64,000 nucleotides of DNA, taken from contig NIVC01000561.1 in NCBI GenBank assembly GCA_002269645.1, positions 310,001 to 374,000 on the forward strand, read 5' to 3'. Within the stretch, counting starts at the first letter, position 1. Every line of letters begins with the position of its first letter. The translations under genes were made by a program, and so were the position numbers. Shown piece by piece: positions 1-21,300 of this stretch. This DNA is from Macrostomum lignano (taxonomy: Eukaryota). Under the pieces are notes generated by a model. The model did no database searches. It saw only the letters and a program-made list of their open reading frames with translations, and had not been told where the DNA came from.

Positions 1-390
1 CAAATCCTTATTCTTAACCTTGGTATATAGATCCCAAAAATCTGCAGATCCTCATTCTTAACCATGGGATTTAGATCCCAAAATCTGCAGATCCTCATTC
101 TTAACCATGGGATTTAGATCCCAAAATCTGTAGATCCTCATTCTTAACCATGGGATTTAGATCCCAAAATCTGTAGATCCTCATTCTTAACCATGGGATT
201 TAGATCCCAAAATCTGTAAATCTTCATTCTTAACCATGGGATTTAGATCCCAAACAGATCCTCATTCTTAACCGTGGGATTTAGATCCCAAAATCTGTAA
301 ATCTTCATTCTTAACCATGGGATTTAGATCCCAAAATCTGCAGATCCTCATTCTTAGACTTGGAATTTAGATCCTAAATATCTGCATATC
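1..390. repeat. 43-bp tandem minisatellite (gatcccaaaatctgcagatcctcattcttaaccatgggattta), probably intronic in the calpain gene
   Basis: About 8-9 copies with period 43 (for example gatccc at 74 and 117); each unit contains a small gggat-ttag-atccc hairpin. Confidence 0.9.
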
Positions 391-519
391 CTCATCCCCA
401 TTGTTCGTCATAGGATTAAATCCTTCAAATACCGAGTTTGATTACCGAATTTGAGTTGCTGAACTTGCCAATATTATCCCATCTAAAACACTATCCCCAA
501 TCCTCGCACTCGTATACAG

Positions 520-7911
<7,392 letters not shown>

Positions 7912-7954
7912 AACTGGTCAGTTGTCTGTCTGTCTGATGTAGTTCAATTCGCGG

Positions 7955-8970
7955 TATTGGGAATTCCCCTTTGAAAATCTTTCCGGGGGATTCTCCATTT
8001 CTAATTTCTCAGGCTGGGTATTTTTCTTGTCGGTTTCTTTTAAAGTTGGGAATTCTCATGTCCCAATCTTTGAAGCGAATTCCCTCGTCCTTATTGATGA
8101 AGGGGATTCCCGCTCTCAATTTTAAATCGGGATTCCCTATCCCAATTTTCAGGCTGGATTCCCCTGTCTCAATTTTCAAACAAGATTTCCATATCCTGAT
8201 TTTTAAGTGGGATTCCCTTGTCTCGATTTGCAAGCGGGATTCCCCTGTCCCGATTTTTGAAGGGATTCCCTTGTCCCGATTTTTAAGTGGGATTCCCTTG
8301 TCCCAATTTGCAAGTGAGATTCACCTGTCCTAATTTTTGAAGGGGATTCCCCTGTCTTAATTTGCAAGTCAGATTCCCCTGTCCCGATTTTTGAAGGGGA
8401 TTCCCTTGTCTCGATTTGCAAGCGGGATTCACCTGTCCTGATTTTTAAGTGAGATTCCCCTGGCCCAATTTGCAAGCGGGATTCCCCTGTTCCAATTTTT
8501 GAAGGGAATTCCCCTGTCTCAATTTGCAAGTCGGATTCCCCTGTCCCGATTTTTGAAGGGATTCCCTTGTCCCGATTTTTAAGTGGGATTCCCTTGTCCC
8601 AATTTGCAAGTGGGATTCCTCTGTCCCGATTTTTGAAGGGGATTCCCTTGTCTCGATTTGCAAGCGGGATTCTCCTGTCCTGATTTTTAAGTGAGATTCC
8701 CCTGGCCCAATTTGCAAGCGGGATTCCCCTGTTCCAATTTTTGAAGGGAATTCCCTGTCTCAATTTGCAAGTCGAATTCCCCTGTCCCGATTTTTGAAGG
8801 GATTCCCTTGTCCCGATTTTTAAGTGGGATTCCCTTGTCCTAATTTGCAAGTGGGATTCACCTGTCCTGATTGTTGAAGGGGATTCCCCTGTCTTAATTT
8901 GCAAGTCGGATTCCCCTGTTCCGATTTTTAATCGGAATTCCCTTGTTCAAATTTTTTTAATAGGAATTCC
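7955..8970. repeat. Degenerate 26-27-bp tandem repeat (ggattcccctgtcccgatttttgaag / ...atttgcaagt) downstream of the calpain stop codon
   Basis: Alternating variant units visible. Confidence 0.85.
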
Positions 8971-9391
8971 CTGCCCATATTGATGATGGGAATGTCTGCA
9001 TGCAGGCAGACAGGCCTCGCGAGTTATCCCTGCGCATGTCTTGTTAAAAGTCTAGTTTTTCATTCCATAGCATTGCTTACAGATCGTCTCTCTCTCCTGC
9101 ATTCTGGTGTCGCGTTGAATAATTCTGTCACAAGATTATTGACAAATTATTTTACAAAACTTTATATATTTTCAAATGCTTTTTGTTTTACTTTTCCGTA
9201 TTATTTACACAAACTTGCTGGTGACCGCTCGATAATGTACGATTTTTTGAAGGCCTTTTTTCTAGCTTGTTGGCTATTTTTATAACATTTTCTTCCAAAC
9301 CTTTCTGGATTCCGGATCTTCCCATTTCTATATTTGGTTTTTGGTGACTTGCTGTGTAAGCCAATATTTTGACTGATAATATTCTCCAATT

Positions 9392-10372
9392 TAGGGGTCG
9401 GCAAACTTTATTACCTCTGGGGCCAGATTAGAGAGGAATGGAGAGGGAATAGAAAATGAGAGATGAAAGAGAAGATATAAGTACGAGCTCGTAAGAAGAC
9501 AAGACGAGAAAAGAGGGGAGAGACGAGAAAAGGTAGAGAGGAGAGAAGAGAGAAGAGAAGAGGGGAGAGAGAAGAGAAGGGAAGAGGGGAGAGAGGAGAG
9601 AAGGGAAGAGGGGAGAGAGGGGAGAGAGGAGAGAAGGGAAGAGAAGGGAAGAGGGGAGAGAGAGAAGAGAAGGGAAGAGGGGAGAGAGAGAAGAGAAGGG
9701 AAGAGGGGAGAGAGAGAAGAGAAGGGAAGAGGGGAGAGAGGGGAGAGAGGAGAGAAGGGAAGAGAAGGGAAGAGGGGAGAGAGGGAAGAGAAGGGAAGAG
9801 GGGAGAGAGGGGAGAGAGGAGAGAAGGGAAGAGAAGGGAAGAGGGGAGAGAGGGAGAGAGGAGAGAAGGGAAGAGAAGGGAAGAGGGGAGAGAGGGAAGA
9901 GAAGGGAAGAGGGGAGAGAGGGGAGAGAGGAGAGAAGGGAAGAGAAGGGAAGAGGGGAGAGAGGGAAGAGAAGGGAAGAGGGGAGAGAGGAGAGAAGGGA
10001 AGAGAAGGGAAGAGGGGAGAGAGGAGAGAAGGGAAGAGAAGGGAAGAGGGGAGAGAGGGAAGAGAAGGGAAGAGGGGAGAGAGGAGAGAGGGAAGAGAAG
10101 GGAAGAGGGGAGAGAGGGGAGAGAGGAGAGAAGGGAAGAGAAGGGAAGAGGGGAGAGAGGGAAGAGAAGGGAAGAGGGGAGAGAGGAGAGAAGGGAAGAG
10201 AAGGGAAGAGGGGAGAGAAGAAGGGAAGAGGGGAGAGAGGATAGAGCGAAGAGAGAAGAGAGAGGAGAAAGGGGAGAGAACAGACACAAATCTTGGTGGG
10301 CCAGATATTGTAAAGTTTCAAAGGACTTTCCATCCTTTAAAGACTTCGCAGGCCGGAGTTTGGCGACCCCTG
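9392..10372. mobile_element. Non-autonomous hAT-type element (MITE) carrying a ~850-bp polypurine (GA-rich) array
   Basis: TIRs taggggtcggcaaact (9392) and agtttggcgacccctg (ends 10372); 8-bp TSD ctccaatt / ctccaatg (7/8 match). Confidence 0.75.
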
Positions 10373-11188
10373 CTCCAATGTAACTGAATAAAAAACTAAG
10401 TATTTTATAAACTCACAGGTACTACTATAAGTAAGCCTTTTTTCTGGTTTGTGATAACAACTGCATTAAATATAAGTAATTTTATTGTGTGTTATTACTG
10501 TTGTGTCCTTGTTATTAATTTTTGTTTCTGAATTTTTCTTTGCATACTATTTATTTATTTATCAAGTTTAGAATCAATTTTAATTAGCATATTATTCAAA
10601 GCAGTTAATTTGGAGTCAACCTGACTCTGCTGTGGACCTTTGGCGACATCGTCTCTCACAAACCAACGCTGAAATGATTCTGCTCACAGTAGCGCACATG
10701 GACAACTGCAGTACAGGGACTCGACACTCTGGTTTTCTGAGAAATTATCTGCAGGTCGATGAGGAACAATCAATTTAGCAGCAGTGCAATCACACAGGCT
10801 CCCGAAAGAAAAGAAGAATTTTAAACCTGCCCACATTTTTATGTACTACTTTCCTACTTTAAGTAGCCAATACGAATAAATGTATCTAAAAGTATTTATA
10901 TCGAAATGAGAAATTTTTATTTTACCAGTTTAAATCAGACATTCAGTCGCCTTTGATAGCATAATTTGATAGAAGAGAATAATTTAACTATTCAAATCGA
11001 AATCAAATTTTATTCACTGATGAAACTAAATTATAACATATTATAGAATTGTGGCTCTCTTTACCTACCGATATGTTGTGTAAAGCGCGTCAGATTAGCG
11101 CAGATAGACAGATTAATTAAAATAGAGAAGGAAGGTGGGGAGAAGCAAGCTCAGATCCATCGGCTCAAGGTTAAAATATTTCTTCAAG

Positions 11189-11486
11189 TCACAAAATCTC
11201 GCACGAACTGCAGCAAGCGTATCTAGGAAACTTCTCAATGAACAGCTTGTTCTCGAAGCCGTAGACAAAAAAGACTCCCTGCTGTCCGTTGTGCAGGTAG
11301 TGGCACTCGGTGACCGGCACCCCCCGCAGCCAGTGCCGCTGCATGCTCACCCGCTGCCCCCGGTAGCTGCGCTCCGCCTCCTGCAGCAGCTTGGCTGAGG
11401 CTTCGTTCACCGAGGCGTAGGGGAAGTTCTGGATCGGGCTCACCTGCTGGGATGAGAGGGTCTGTCTGCCTGTCTGTCTGCCTGCC

Positions 11487-11537
<51 letters not shown>

Positions 11538-11590
11538 GTGTCTGTCTGTGTGTCTGTGTGTCTGTCTGTCTGTCTGTCTGCCTGCCTGCC

Positions 11591-11649
<59 letters not shown>

Positions 11650-11790
11650 GTGTCTGTGTGGCTGTCTGCCTGTCTGTCTGCCTGCCTGTCTGTCTGTCTG
11701 TCTGTCTGCCTGCCTGTCTGTCTGTCTGTCTGTCTGTGTGTCTGTGTGGCTGTCTGCCTGCCTGTCTGTCTGCCTGCCTGTCTGTCTGAC

Positions 11791-11825
<35 letters not shown>

Positions 11826-12084
11826 GTGTCTGTCTGTGTGTCTGTCTGTGTGTCTGTCTGTCTGTGTCTGTCTGTCTTTCTGTCTGTCTGTCTGTCTGTG
11901 TGTCTGTGTGTCTGTCTGTGTGTCTGTCTGCCTGTCTGTCTGCCTGCCTGTCTGTCTGTCTGCCTGTCTGTCTGCCTGCCTGTCTGTCTGTCTGTCTGCC
12001 TGTCTGCCTGTCTGTCTGTCTGTCTGTCTGTGTGTCTGTCTGTGTGTCTGTGTGTCTGTCTGTCTGTCTGTCTGCCTGCCTGCC

Positions 12085-12143
<59 letters not shown>

Positions 12144-12272
12144 GTGTCTGTGTGGCTGTCTGCCTGTCTGTCTGCCTGCCTGTCTGTCTGTCTGTCTGTC
12201 TGTCTGCCTGCCTGTCTGTCTGTGTGTCTGTGTGTCTGTCTGTCTGTCTGTCTGCCTGTCTGTCTGCCTGCC

Positions 12273-12321
<49 letters not shown>

Positions 12322-12403
12322 GCTGTCTGTCTGTCTGTCTGTCTGTCTGTCTTATTGTCTGTCTGTCTGTCTTAGTGTCTGTCTGCCTGTCTGTCTGCCT
12401 GCC

Positions 12404-12490
<87 letters not shown>

Positions 12491-12559
12491 GTGTCTGTCT
12501 GTCTGCCTGTCTGTCTGCCTGCCTGTCTGTCTGTCTGTCTGTCTGTCTGCCTGTCTGTA

Positions 12560-12596
<37 letters not shown>

Positions 12597-12624
12597 TTCT
12601 GTCTGTCTGTCTGTCTGGTCTGCC

Positions 12625-12661
<37 letters not shown>

Positions 12662-12664
12662 GCC

Positions 12665-12697
<33 letters not shown>

Positions 12698-15140
12698 GAG
12701 CAGCAGCCCTTCAGCAACTCACGAACTCGTCCTCCTCCAGGAAGATCAGCTTCCCTGACACGTCCCTCACCAGCTCGTCAGGCAGGTCGGTCTTCTCCTC
12801 GATGAAGTCGGCGTCCCGCCTGCGCCACTCGCACTTCAGCTTCACGTAGAACAGCAGGCGCTGCCGGCCGCGGCAGGTCGGGCACTCGATTTCCCCATGG
12901 CCGCGGCAACCGGGGCACCTGCGGTTGGCGGTTTCTTAGAAATAATTCTCTCCTCACACTCTACCCCATCGTCTCCCATCACACTCTACCCCATCATCTC
13001 CCATCACACTCTACTCCATCATCTCCCATCACACTCTTCCCCATCATCTCCCATCACACTCTACCCCATCGTCTCCCATCACACTCTACCCCATCGTCTC
13101 CCATCACACTCTACCCCATCATCTCCCATCACACTCTACTCCATCATCTCCAATCACACTCTACACTGCATCTCCCATCACACTCTACACTGCATCTCCC
13201 GTCACACTCTACCCCACTATCTCCCATCACACTCTACCCCATCATCTCCCATCACACTCTTCCCCATCGTCTCCCATCACACTCTACCCATCATCTCCCA
13301 TCACACTCTACACATCATCTCCCGTCACACTCTACACTGCATCTCCCATCACACTCTACACTGCATCTCCCGTCACACTCTACCCCACTATCTCCCATCA
13401 CACTCTACCCCATCATCTCCCATCACACTCTTCCCCATCGTCTCCCATCACACGCTACCCCATCATCTCCCATCACACTCTACCCCACTATCTCCCATCA
13501 CACTCTACCCCATCATCTCCCATCACACTCTTCCCCATCGTCTCCCATCACACTCTACTCCATCGTCTCCCATCACACTCTACCCCATCGTCTCCCATCA
13601 CACTCTACCCCATCGTCTCCCATCACACGCTACCCCATCATCTCCCATCACACTCTACCCCATCGTCTCCCATCACACTCTACCCCATCGTCTCCCATCA
13701 CACGCTACCCCATCGTCTCCCATCACACGCTACCCCATCGTCTCCCATCACACGCTACCCCATCATCTCCCATCACACTCTACCCCACTATCTCCCATCA
13801 CACTCTACCCCATCGTCTCCCATCACACTCTACCCCATCGTCTCCCATCACACTCTACCCCACTATCTCCCATCACACTCTACCCCATCATCTCCCATCA
13901 AATTCTACCCCACTATCTCCCATCACACTCTACCCCACTATCTCCCATCAAACTCTACCCCATCATCTCCCATCACACTCTACCCCACTATCTCCCATCA
14001 CACTCTACCCCATCGTCTCCCATCACACTCTACCCCACTATCTCCCATCACACTCTACCCCATCATCTCCCATCAAATTCTACCCCACTATCTCCCATCA
14101 CACTCTACCCATCATCTCCCATCACACTCTACCCCATCGTCTCCCATCACACTCTACCCCATCATCTCCCATCAAACTCTACCCCACTATCTCCCCACTC
14201 CACAGCCACTCACTTCTTTTTCCCCTGGCCATCGCAGCCAGAGCAGGCCACCCTCCTCGCCACGGTGCCCTGCAGTACTGTCCTCTTGCCCTGGCCGCTG
14301 CACTCGCCGCAGCGCAGGTACCGCCGACCTTTGCACCTCTGACAGGCCAGACAGCCAGCCTGAGAGCAGTGATGGCACGGTTTCAGCCTGCAGGTGTGCG
14401 GCACCACCGTCTCCTTGTCCTCATCCTTGAAGGGCCGGTCTGGCTTCAACTCGACCTCCCAGGGCGCTGGTGGCCGGCCGTTCTCGCGACCGTCGACTTC
14501 TTGATTATCGAATGGCTCGAATGTCCAGCAGGTATAGCGGGCTTCCAGGTAGGTCTCGAGGCAGTACTGCAGTGGTTGCGGATGGGACGGTGGGCCCTTC
14601 TCCAGTCGCCACCATAAGATTGCGCTCCCTCCGAAAACTGAATGAAGCGGGCAACCAAGATCGATAAATGGCCTCTGGGACATGACGTCCACCAGCTTAG
14701 GGGACAGGGGTAGGGGCGTCCACCAAGAGAGAGGGGCGTCTACCAAGAGACAGGGGGGTCTACCAAGAGAAAGGGGGGTCTACCAAGAGAAAGGGGAGTC
14801 TACCAAGAGACAGGGGGGGTCTACCAAGAGACAGGGGCATCCACCCAGAGACAGGGGCGCCCACCAAGAGACAGGGGCGCCCACCCAGACACCAGATATT
14901 GGTGACCCCTGAAGATTGCAGCCCTCTCCAATCAGAGTTCCTGCGTATACCACGAGGCCTGACGTGGATGCGCCACCCCTTGACAACTGGAGTTTTGATC
15001 AGCCACTCACATGCCAGGCCAGTGTAGTCTCAATCTTAATAATTGGCAGGTCCCTGATGAACTGGCTGCTCTGGCAGCAGTTCTCGGAAGCGTATTGCAG
15101 CAGAATGTTGCGCAATATCTCCTCAGTCACTTTAGGCAGT
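11189..15140 (-). CDS. SSUH2: SSUH2 (ssu-2 homolog)-like protein with CxxCxGxG zinc-binding repeats; exons 15140-15011, 14566-14214, 12918-12723, 11443-11189 (310 aa); upstream exon(s) unresolved
   Basis: Spliced translation [22 protein letters not shown]...|[10 protein letters not shown]...[14 protein letters not shown]...[13 protein letters not shown]...[17 protein letters not shown]...|VSPIQNFP...[21 protein letters not shown]...CCSSCEIL follows SSUH2 architecture; gtgagt donors and phases are consistent. Confidence 0.85.
11460..12700. repeat. (GTCT/GCCT)n microsatellite in an SSUH2-like intron
   Basis: Direct inspection. Confidence 0.95.
12950..14200. repeat. 25-bp minisatellite (cacactctaccccatcatctcccat) in an SSUH2-like intron
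   Basis: Direct inspection. Confidence 0.95.
14715..14890. repeat. 20-22-bp minisatellite (ccaccaagagacaggggcgc); the same family occurs at 48425-48550
   Basis: Direct inspection. Confidence 0.85.
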
Positions 15141-15629
15141 CTGAAAATTTGTATATAATGTCTATATTTCTTCTTATGAGTAGCCTCAATAGAGTTTTTC
15201 TTTTACTTTTCCAGCAGAGATATGAATCTTTTATAATTTATATCAATCTTGTCCATGAATTTCTACGATAACTGTGAGCTGCATTTTGCACGCGAACTGA
15301 TACAGGGTTTCGTCATTTATAACTGCCATCCAAACATCAATCTGTTTACATTCGGCATTTTTGTTCTAATTTCATTTCAAACTGCGCCACCGTTTATTTC
15401 CGTCTGTAGTCAGCTTCCATTCTAAACGGACGTATCTGTGGATTCAATTATCGCTGGGCAAACACGGGCTTTACTCAGATCTGGGGAGAACTGCTCAGGG
15501 AGAGCGGATTGCTGGCTTTGAGATTTTTATAACTGGTTCTCCTCTGCCGAGTCTGCTCACAAACAGCTTCCTACATTTTTGTTTTCACCACAAGTTTTCA
15601 TGTCCGACAACTCATTACCCCCCCTCCAT

Positions 15630-16250
15630 CTCACTGTCCACTCTCTATCTCACCCTCTGTCCCACTCTCTATCTCACCCTCTGTCCCACTCTCTATCTCA
15701 CCCTCTGTCCCACTCTCTATCTCACCCTCTGTCCCACTCTCTATCTCACCCTCTGTCCCACTCTCTATCTCACCCTCTGTCCCACTCTCTATCTCACCCT
15801 CTGTCCCACTCTCTATCTCACCCTCTGTCCCACTCTCTATCTCACCCTCTGTCCCACTCTCTATCTCACCCTCTGTCCCACTCTCTATCTCACCCTCTGT
15901 CCCACTCTCTATCTCACCCTCTGTCCCACTCTCTATCTCACCCTCTGTCCCACTCTCTATCTCACCCTCTGTCCCACTCTCTATCTCACCCTCTGTCCCA
16001 CTCTCTATCTCACCCTCTATCTCGCCCTCTATCTCACCCTCTGTCCCGCTCTCTATCTCACCCTCTGTCCCGCTCTCTATCTCCCCCTAGCTCTGTCCCA
16101 CTCTCTATCTCACCCTCTGTCCCACTCTCTATCTCACCCTCTGTCCCACTCTCTATCTCACCCTCTATCTCGCCCTCTATCTCACCCTCTATCTCGCCCT
16201 CTATCTCACCCTCTATCTCGCCCTCTATCTCGCCCTCTATCTCTCTCTCT
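15630..16250. repeat. 24-bp minisatellite (ctctctatctcaccctctgtccca)
   Basis: Direct inspection. Confidence 0.95.
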
Positions 16251-16959
16251 CAGTCTTCTTCACCCATTTTTTTGAGGCAGTTTTTGCCTCATCGCCTGGC
16301 CACCATTGTTCTTGGCAACAGCCGTGGGCGGCAAGGCCGGGAGGCGACAGACCCCGTCATGCCACCCTGCGGGTCTCGAGCCCCCCCCCCCACATCTCCT
16401 GCAACAAAGGCTGCGGCTTTTTCTCACTTCTTTCAATTAACTTCCGAGCAGCGAAGTCTAAACAGAAAGTCTGCAGCCCCCGTTTCCGCCAGCCGAAAAT
16501 TCGGAATCCCATTTCCCATTGTTCAGATTGTTTTTCTATCGCTCCAGAAACAGGCTTGTCTGTTTCATCTTTTATTTGGTGCCAAGCCTTACAGAACGCA
16601 GGCTTTTACCATAGCAACTACAGGCTTTTTTGGCGCCGAGATAAAAACACAGAGAGATGGCAGCCTTTCACGATTACACTTGTTGATCACGGGAAGCTTA
16701 TTGAATCTCGTCGGCTCAAGATTGACAGGGCCTGTACCAGCAACGAAGAGCATACAGTTTTGTTATTCATTTATGCATTTTTATTGCTGATTTTGTTGCT
16801 TCAAAATTGTCATAATTGTATCTCAATTTATTGAGTCGCGTCGGCTTCCTTTGATCCTGCGTTGCTGGGGCAATGAGTTTTTAATCTATCGGTTTTATTG
16901 CCACTGCATCCTGCTTGTCCCATTCATCCCTTGCTTAACTGCTCCCCACGATCCTCCCT

Positions 16960-17775
16960 CCCGTCTCCTTCTCCAGTCTCCCCTCTCCCTCTCCTCTCTC
17001 CCCTCTCCTTCTCCTCTCTCCCCTCTCCCTCTCCTCTCTCCCCACTCCCTCTCCTCTCTCCCCACTCCCTCCCCTCTCTCCCTCTCGCTCTCCCCTCTCC
17101 TTCTCCTCTCTCCCCTCTCCTTCTCCTCTCTCCCCTCTCCCTCTCCTCTCTCCCCTCTCCTTCTCCTCTCTCCCCTCTCCGTCTCCTCTCTCCCCTCTCC
17201 CTCTCCTCTCTCCCCTCCCTCTCCTCTCTCCCCTCTCCTTCTCCTCTCTCCCTCTCCCTCTCCCTCTCTCATCTCCTTCTCCTCTCTCCCTCTCCCTCTC
17301 CTCTCTCCCCTCTCCCTCTCCTCTCTCCCTCTCCTTCTCCCCTCTCCCTCTCCTCTCTCCCCTCTCCCTCTCCTCTCTCCCCTCTCCTTCTCCTCTCTCC
17401 CTCTCCCTCTCCCTCTCTCATCTCCTTCTCCTCTCTCCCTCTCCCTCTCCTTCTCCTCTCTCCCTCTCCCTCTCCCTCTCTCATCTCCTTCTCCTCTCTC
17501 CCTCTCCCTCTCCTCTCTCCCCTCTCCCTCTCCTCTCTCCCCTCTCCTTCTCCCCTCTCCCTCTCCTCTCTCCCCTCTCCCTCTCCTCTCTCCCCTCTCC
17601 TTCTCCTCTCTCCCTCTCCCTCTCCCTCTCTCATCTCCTTCTCCTCTCTCCCTCTCCCTCTCCTCTCTCCCCTCTCCCTCTCCTCTCCCCCTTCCCTTTC
17701 CCCTCTCCATTCAGCCCTGTCTCCTCTCCTCTCTCCTCACTCTCTCTCTTCTCTACTCCTTTCTCTCCCCTCTCT
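16960..17775. repeat. Polypyrimidine (CT-rich) simple repeat
   Basis: Direct inspection. Confidence 0.95.
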
Positions 17776-18309
17776 AAGAGTAGAAGCATCTCCTCCATCA
17801 GAGTCAAGAGTGACCGCTAGTCCCAACTCACTGCTCAAAAGTTTTTATTCCAGCGTCAGGATCAAACGTATAGGCCTCGGGCTTCGGCGCGGGCTGGTAA
17901 GACAGCTCTGAAAGTTATTTTTTGAAAAGACAAAATTCTAAAATTTCTGACATAAAAACCCAACTTTACAAGTTAAAATAGATTTCATGGGGGACATTTT
18001 AGAGAAATGTTACTCTCAGATACGCGCAGATAGTTTGTAAATATTACGAGCACAATATTTCCGTGGGGTATTCAAGTAAGCAGTTTTCTCGATTTTACAC
18101 GCATATCAAACTTTGTGGAATTTGCAGAAAGTGTTTTAAATGCATCTTGCTTTTCTATAGACAGCTAGCTGTTCGCAATTTTGTCGTTTTTAAGAGACTT
18201 TCATCGATTTAATTTAGAATTTTCCATTCATGATGTTGTGAATTTATATCGAAGTTTCGTGTAGTCCCAACTTTAGTCCCATCGAAGTTTCGTGAAATTT
18301 TTCATCCTG

Positions 18310-21300
18310 ATTTTGTGGAATTTCCCATCAAAGCTACGTGGAATTTCCCATCAAAGCTACGTGGAATTTCCCATCAAAGCTACATGGAATTTCCCATCAA
18401 AGCTACGTGGAATTTCCCATCAAAGCTGCGTGGAATTTCCCATCAAAGCTACGTGGAATTTCCCATCAAAGCCACGTGGAATTTCCCATCAAAGCTACGT
18501 GGAATTTCCCATCAAAGCTGCGTGGAATTTCCCATCAAAGCTGCGTGGAATTTCCCATTAAAGCTACGTGGAATTTCCCATCAAAGCTGCGTGAAATTTC
18601 CAATCAAAGCTGCGTGGAATTTCCCATTAAAGCTACGTGGAATTTCCCATCAAAGCTACGTGGAATTTCCCATTAAAGCTACGCGGAATTTCCCAGTAAA
18701 GCTACGTGGAATTTCCCATCAAAGCTACGTGGAATTTCCCGTCAAAGCTGCGTGGAATTTCCCATCAAAGCTACGTGGAATTTCCCATCAAAGCTACGTG
18801 GAATTTCCCATCAAAGCTACGTGGAATTTGCGATCAAAGCTACGTGGAATTTCCCATCAAAGCTACGTGGAATTTCCCGTCAAAGCTGCGTGTAATTTCC
18901 CATCAAAGCTACGTGGAATTTCCCATCAAAGCTACGTGGAATTTCCCATCAAAGCTACGTGGAATTTGCGATCAAAGCTACGTGGAATTTCCCATCAAAG
19001 CTACGTGGAATTTGCGATCAAAGCTGCGTGGAATTTCCCGTCAAAGCTGCGTGGAATTTCCCATCAAAGCTGCGTGGAATTTCCCATCAAAGCCACGTGG
19101 AATTTCCCATCAAAGCTACGTGGAATTTCCCATCAAAGCTGCGTGGAATTTCCCATCAAAGCTGCGTGAAATTTCCAATCAAAGCTACGTGGAATTTCCC
19201 ATTAAAGCTACGTGGAATTTCCCATCAAAGCTACGTGGAATTTCCCATTAAAGCTACGCGGAATTTCCCAGTAAAGCTACGTGGAATTTCCCATCAAAGC
19301 TACGTGGAATTTCCCATCAAAGCTACGTGGAATTTCCCATCAAAGCTGCGTGGAATCTCCCATCAAAGCTGCGTGGAATTTCCCATCAAAGCTGCGTGGA
19401 ATTTCCCATTAAAGCTACGTGGAATTTCCCATCAAAGCTGCGTGAAATTTCCCATCAAAGCTACGTGGAATTTCCCATCAAAGCTACGTGGAATTTCCCA
19501 TCAAAGCTGCGTGGAATTTCCCATTAAAGCCACGTGGAATTTCCCATCAAAGCTGCGTGAAATTTCCCATCAAAGCTGCGTGGAATTTCCCATTAAAGCT
19601 ACGTGGAATTTCCCATTAAAGCTACGTGGAATTTCCCATCAAAGCTACGTGGAATTTGCGATCAAAGCTGCGTGGAATTTCCCGTCAAAGCTGCGTGGAA
19701 TTTCCCATCAAAGCTGCGTGCAATTTCCCATCAAAGCTGCGTGGAATTTCCCATCAAAGCTACGTGGAATTTCCCATCAAAGCTGCGTGGAATTTCCCAT
19801 TAAAGCTACGTGGAATCTTTCTTTAAAGATTCAAAGCTACCATGGTACGTGGAATTTCCCGTCAAAGCTACGTGCAATTTCCCATCAAAGCTGCGTGGAA
19901 TTTCCCATCAAAGCTGCGTGGAATTTCCCATTAAAGCTACGTGGAATCTTTCTTTAAAGATTCAAAGCTACCATGGTACGTGGAATTTCCCGTCAAAGCT
20001 ACGTGCAATTTCCCATCAAAGCTACGTGGAATTTGCGATCAAAGCTACGTGGTATTTCCCATTAAAGCTACGTGGAATCTTTCTTCAAAGATTCAAAGCT
20101 ACCATGGTACGTGGAATTTCCCGTCAAAGCTGCGTGGAATTTGCTATCAAAGCTACGTGGAATTTCCCATCAAAGCTACGTGGAATTTCCCATCAAAGCT
20201 ACGTGGAATTTGCGATCAAAGCTACGTGGAATTTCCCATCAAAGCTACGTGGAATTTCCCGTCAAAGCTGCGTGTAATTTCCCATCAAAGCTACGTGGAA
20301 TTTCCCATCAAAGCTACGTGGAATTTCCCATCAAAGCTACGTGGAATTTCCCATCAAAGCTACGTGGAATTTCCCATCAAAGCTACGTGGAATTTGCGAT
20401 CAAAGCTGCGTGGAATTTCCCGTCAAAGCTGCGTGGAATTTCCCATCAAAGCTGCGTGGAATTTCCCATCAAAGCCACGTGGAATTTCCCATCAAAGCTA
20501 CGTGGAATTTCCCATCAAAGCTGCGTGGAATTTCCCATCAAAGCTGCGTGAAATTTCCAATCAAAGCTACGTGGAATTTCCCATTAAAGCTACGTGGAAT
20601 TTCCCATCAAAGCTACGTGGAATTTCCCATTAAAGCTACGCGGAATTTCCCAGTAAAGCTACGTGGAATTTCCCATCAAAGCTACGTGGAATTTCCCATC
20701 AAAGCTACGTGGAATTTCCCATCAAAGCTGCGTGGAATCTCCCATCAAAGCTGCGTGGAATTTCCCATCAAAGCTGCGTGGAATTTCCCATTAAAGCTAC
20801 GTGGAATTTCCCATCAAAGCTGCGTGAAATTTCCCATCAAAGCTACGTGGAATTTCCCATCAAAGCTACGTGGAATTTCCCATCAAAGCTGCGTGGAATT
20901 TCCCATTAAAGCCACGTGGAATTTCCCATCAAAGCTGCGTGAAATTTCCCATCAAAGCTGCGTGGAATTTCCCATTAAAGCTACGTGGAATTTCCCATTA
21001 AAGCTACGTGGAATTTCCCATCAAAGCTACGTGGAATTTGCGATCAAAGCTGCGTGGAATTTCCCGTCAAAGCTGCGTGGAATTTCCCATCAAAGCTGCG
21101 TGCAATTTCCCATCAAAGCTGCGTGGAATTTCCCATCAAAGCTACGTGGAATTTCCCATCAAAGCTGCGTGGAATTTCCCATTAAAGCTACGTGGAATCT
21201 TTCTTTAAAGATTCAAAGCTACCATGGTACGTGGAATTTCCCGTCAAAGCTACGTGCAATTTCCCATCAAAGCTGCGTGGAATTTCCCATCAAAGCTGCG

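Noticed and set aside
9391-17911. Pro/Ser/Leu-rich and Glu/Arg/Gly-rich ORFs (9391-10333, 16851-17911) and His/Ser-rich ORFs (12897-14342, 15579-16790)
   Set aside because: Translations of GA/CT simple repeats and minisatellites
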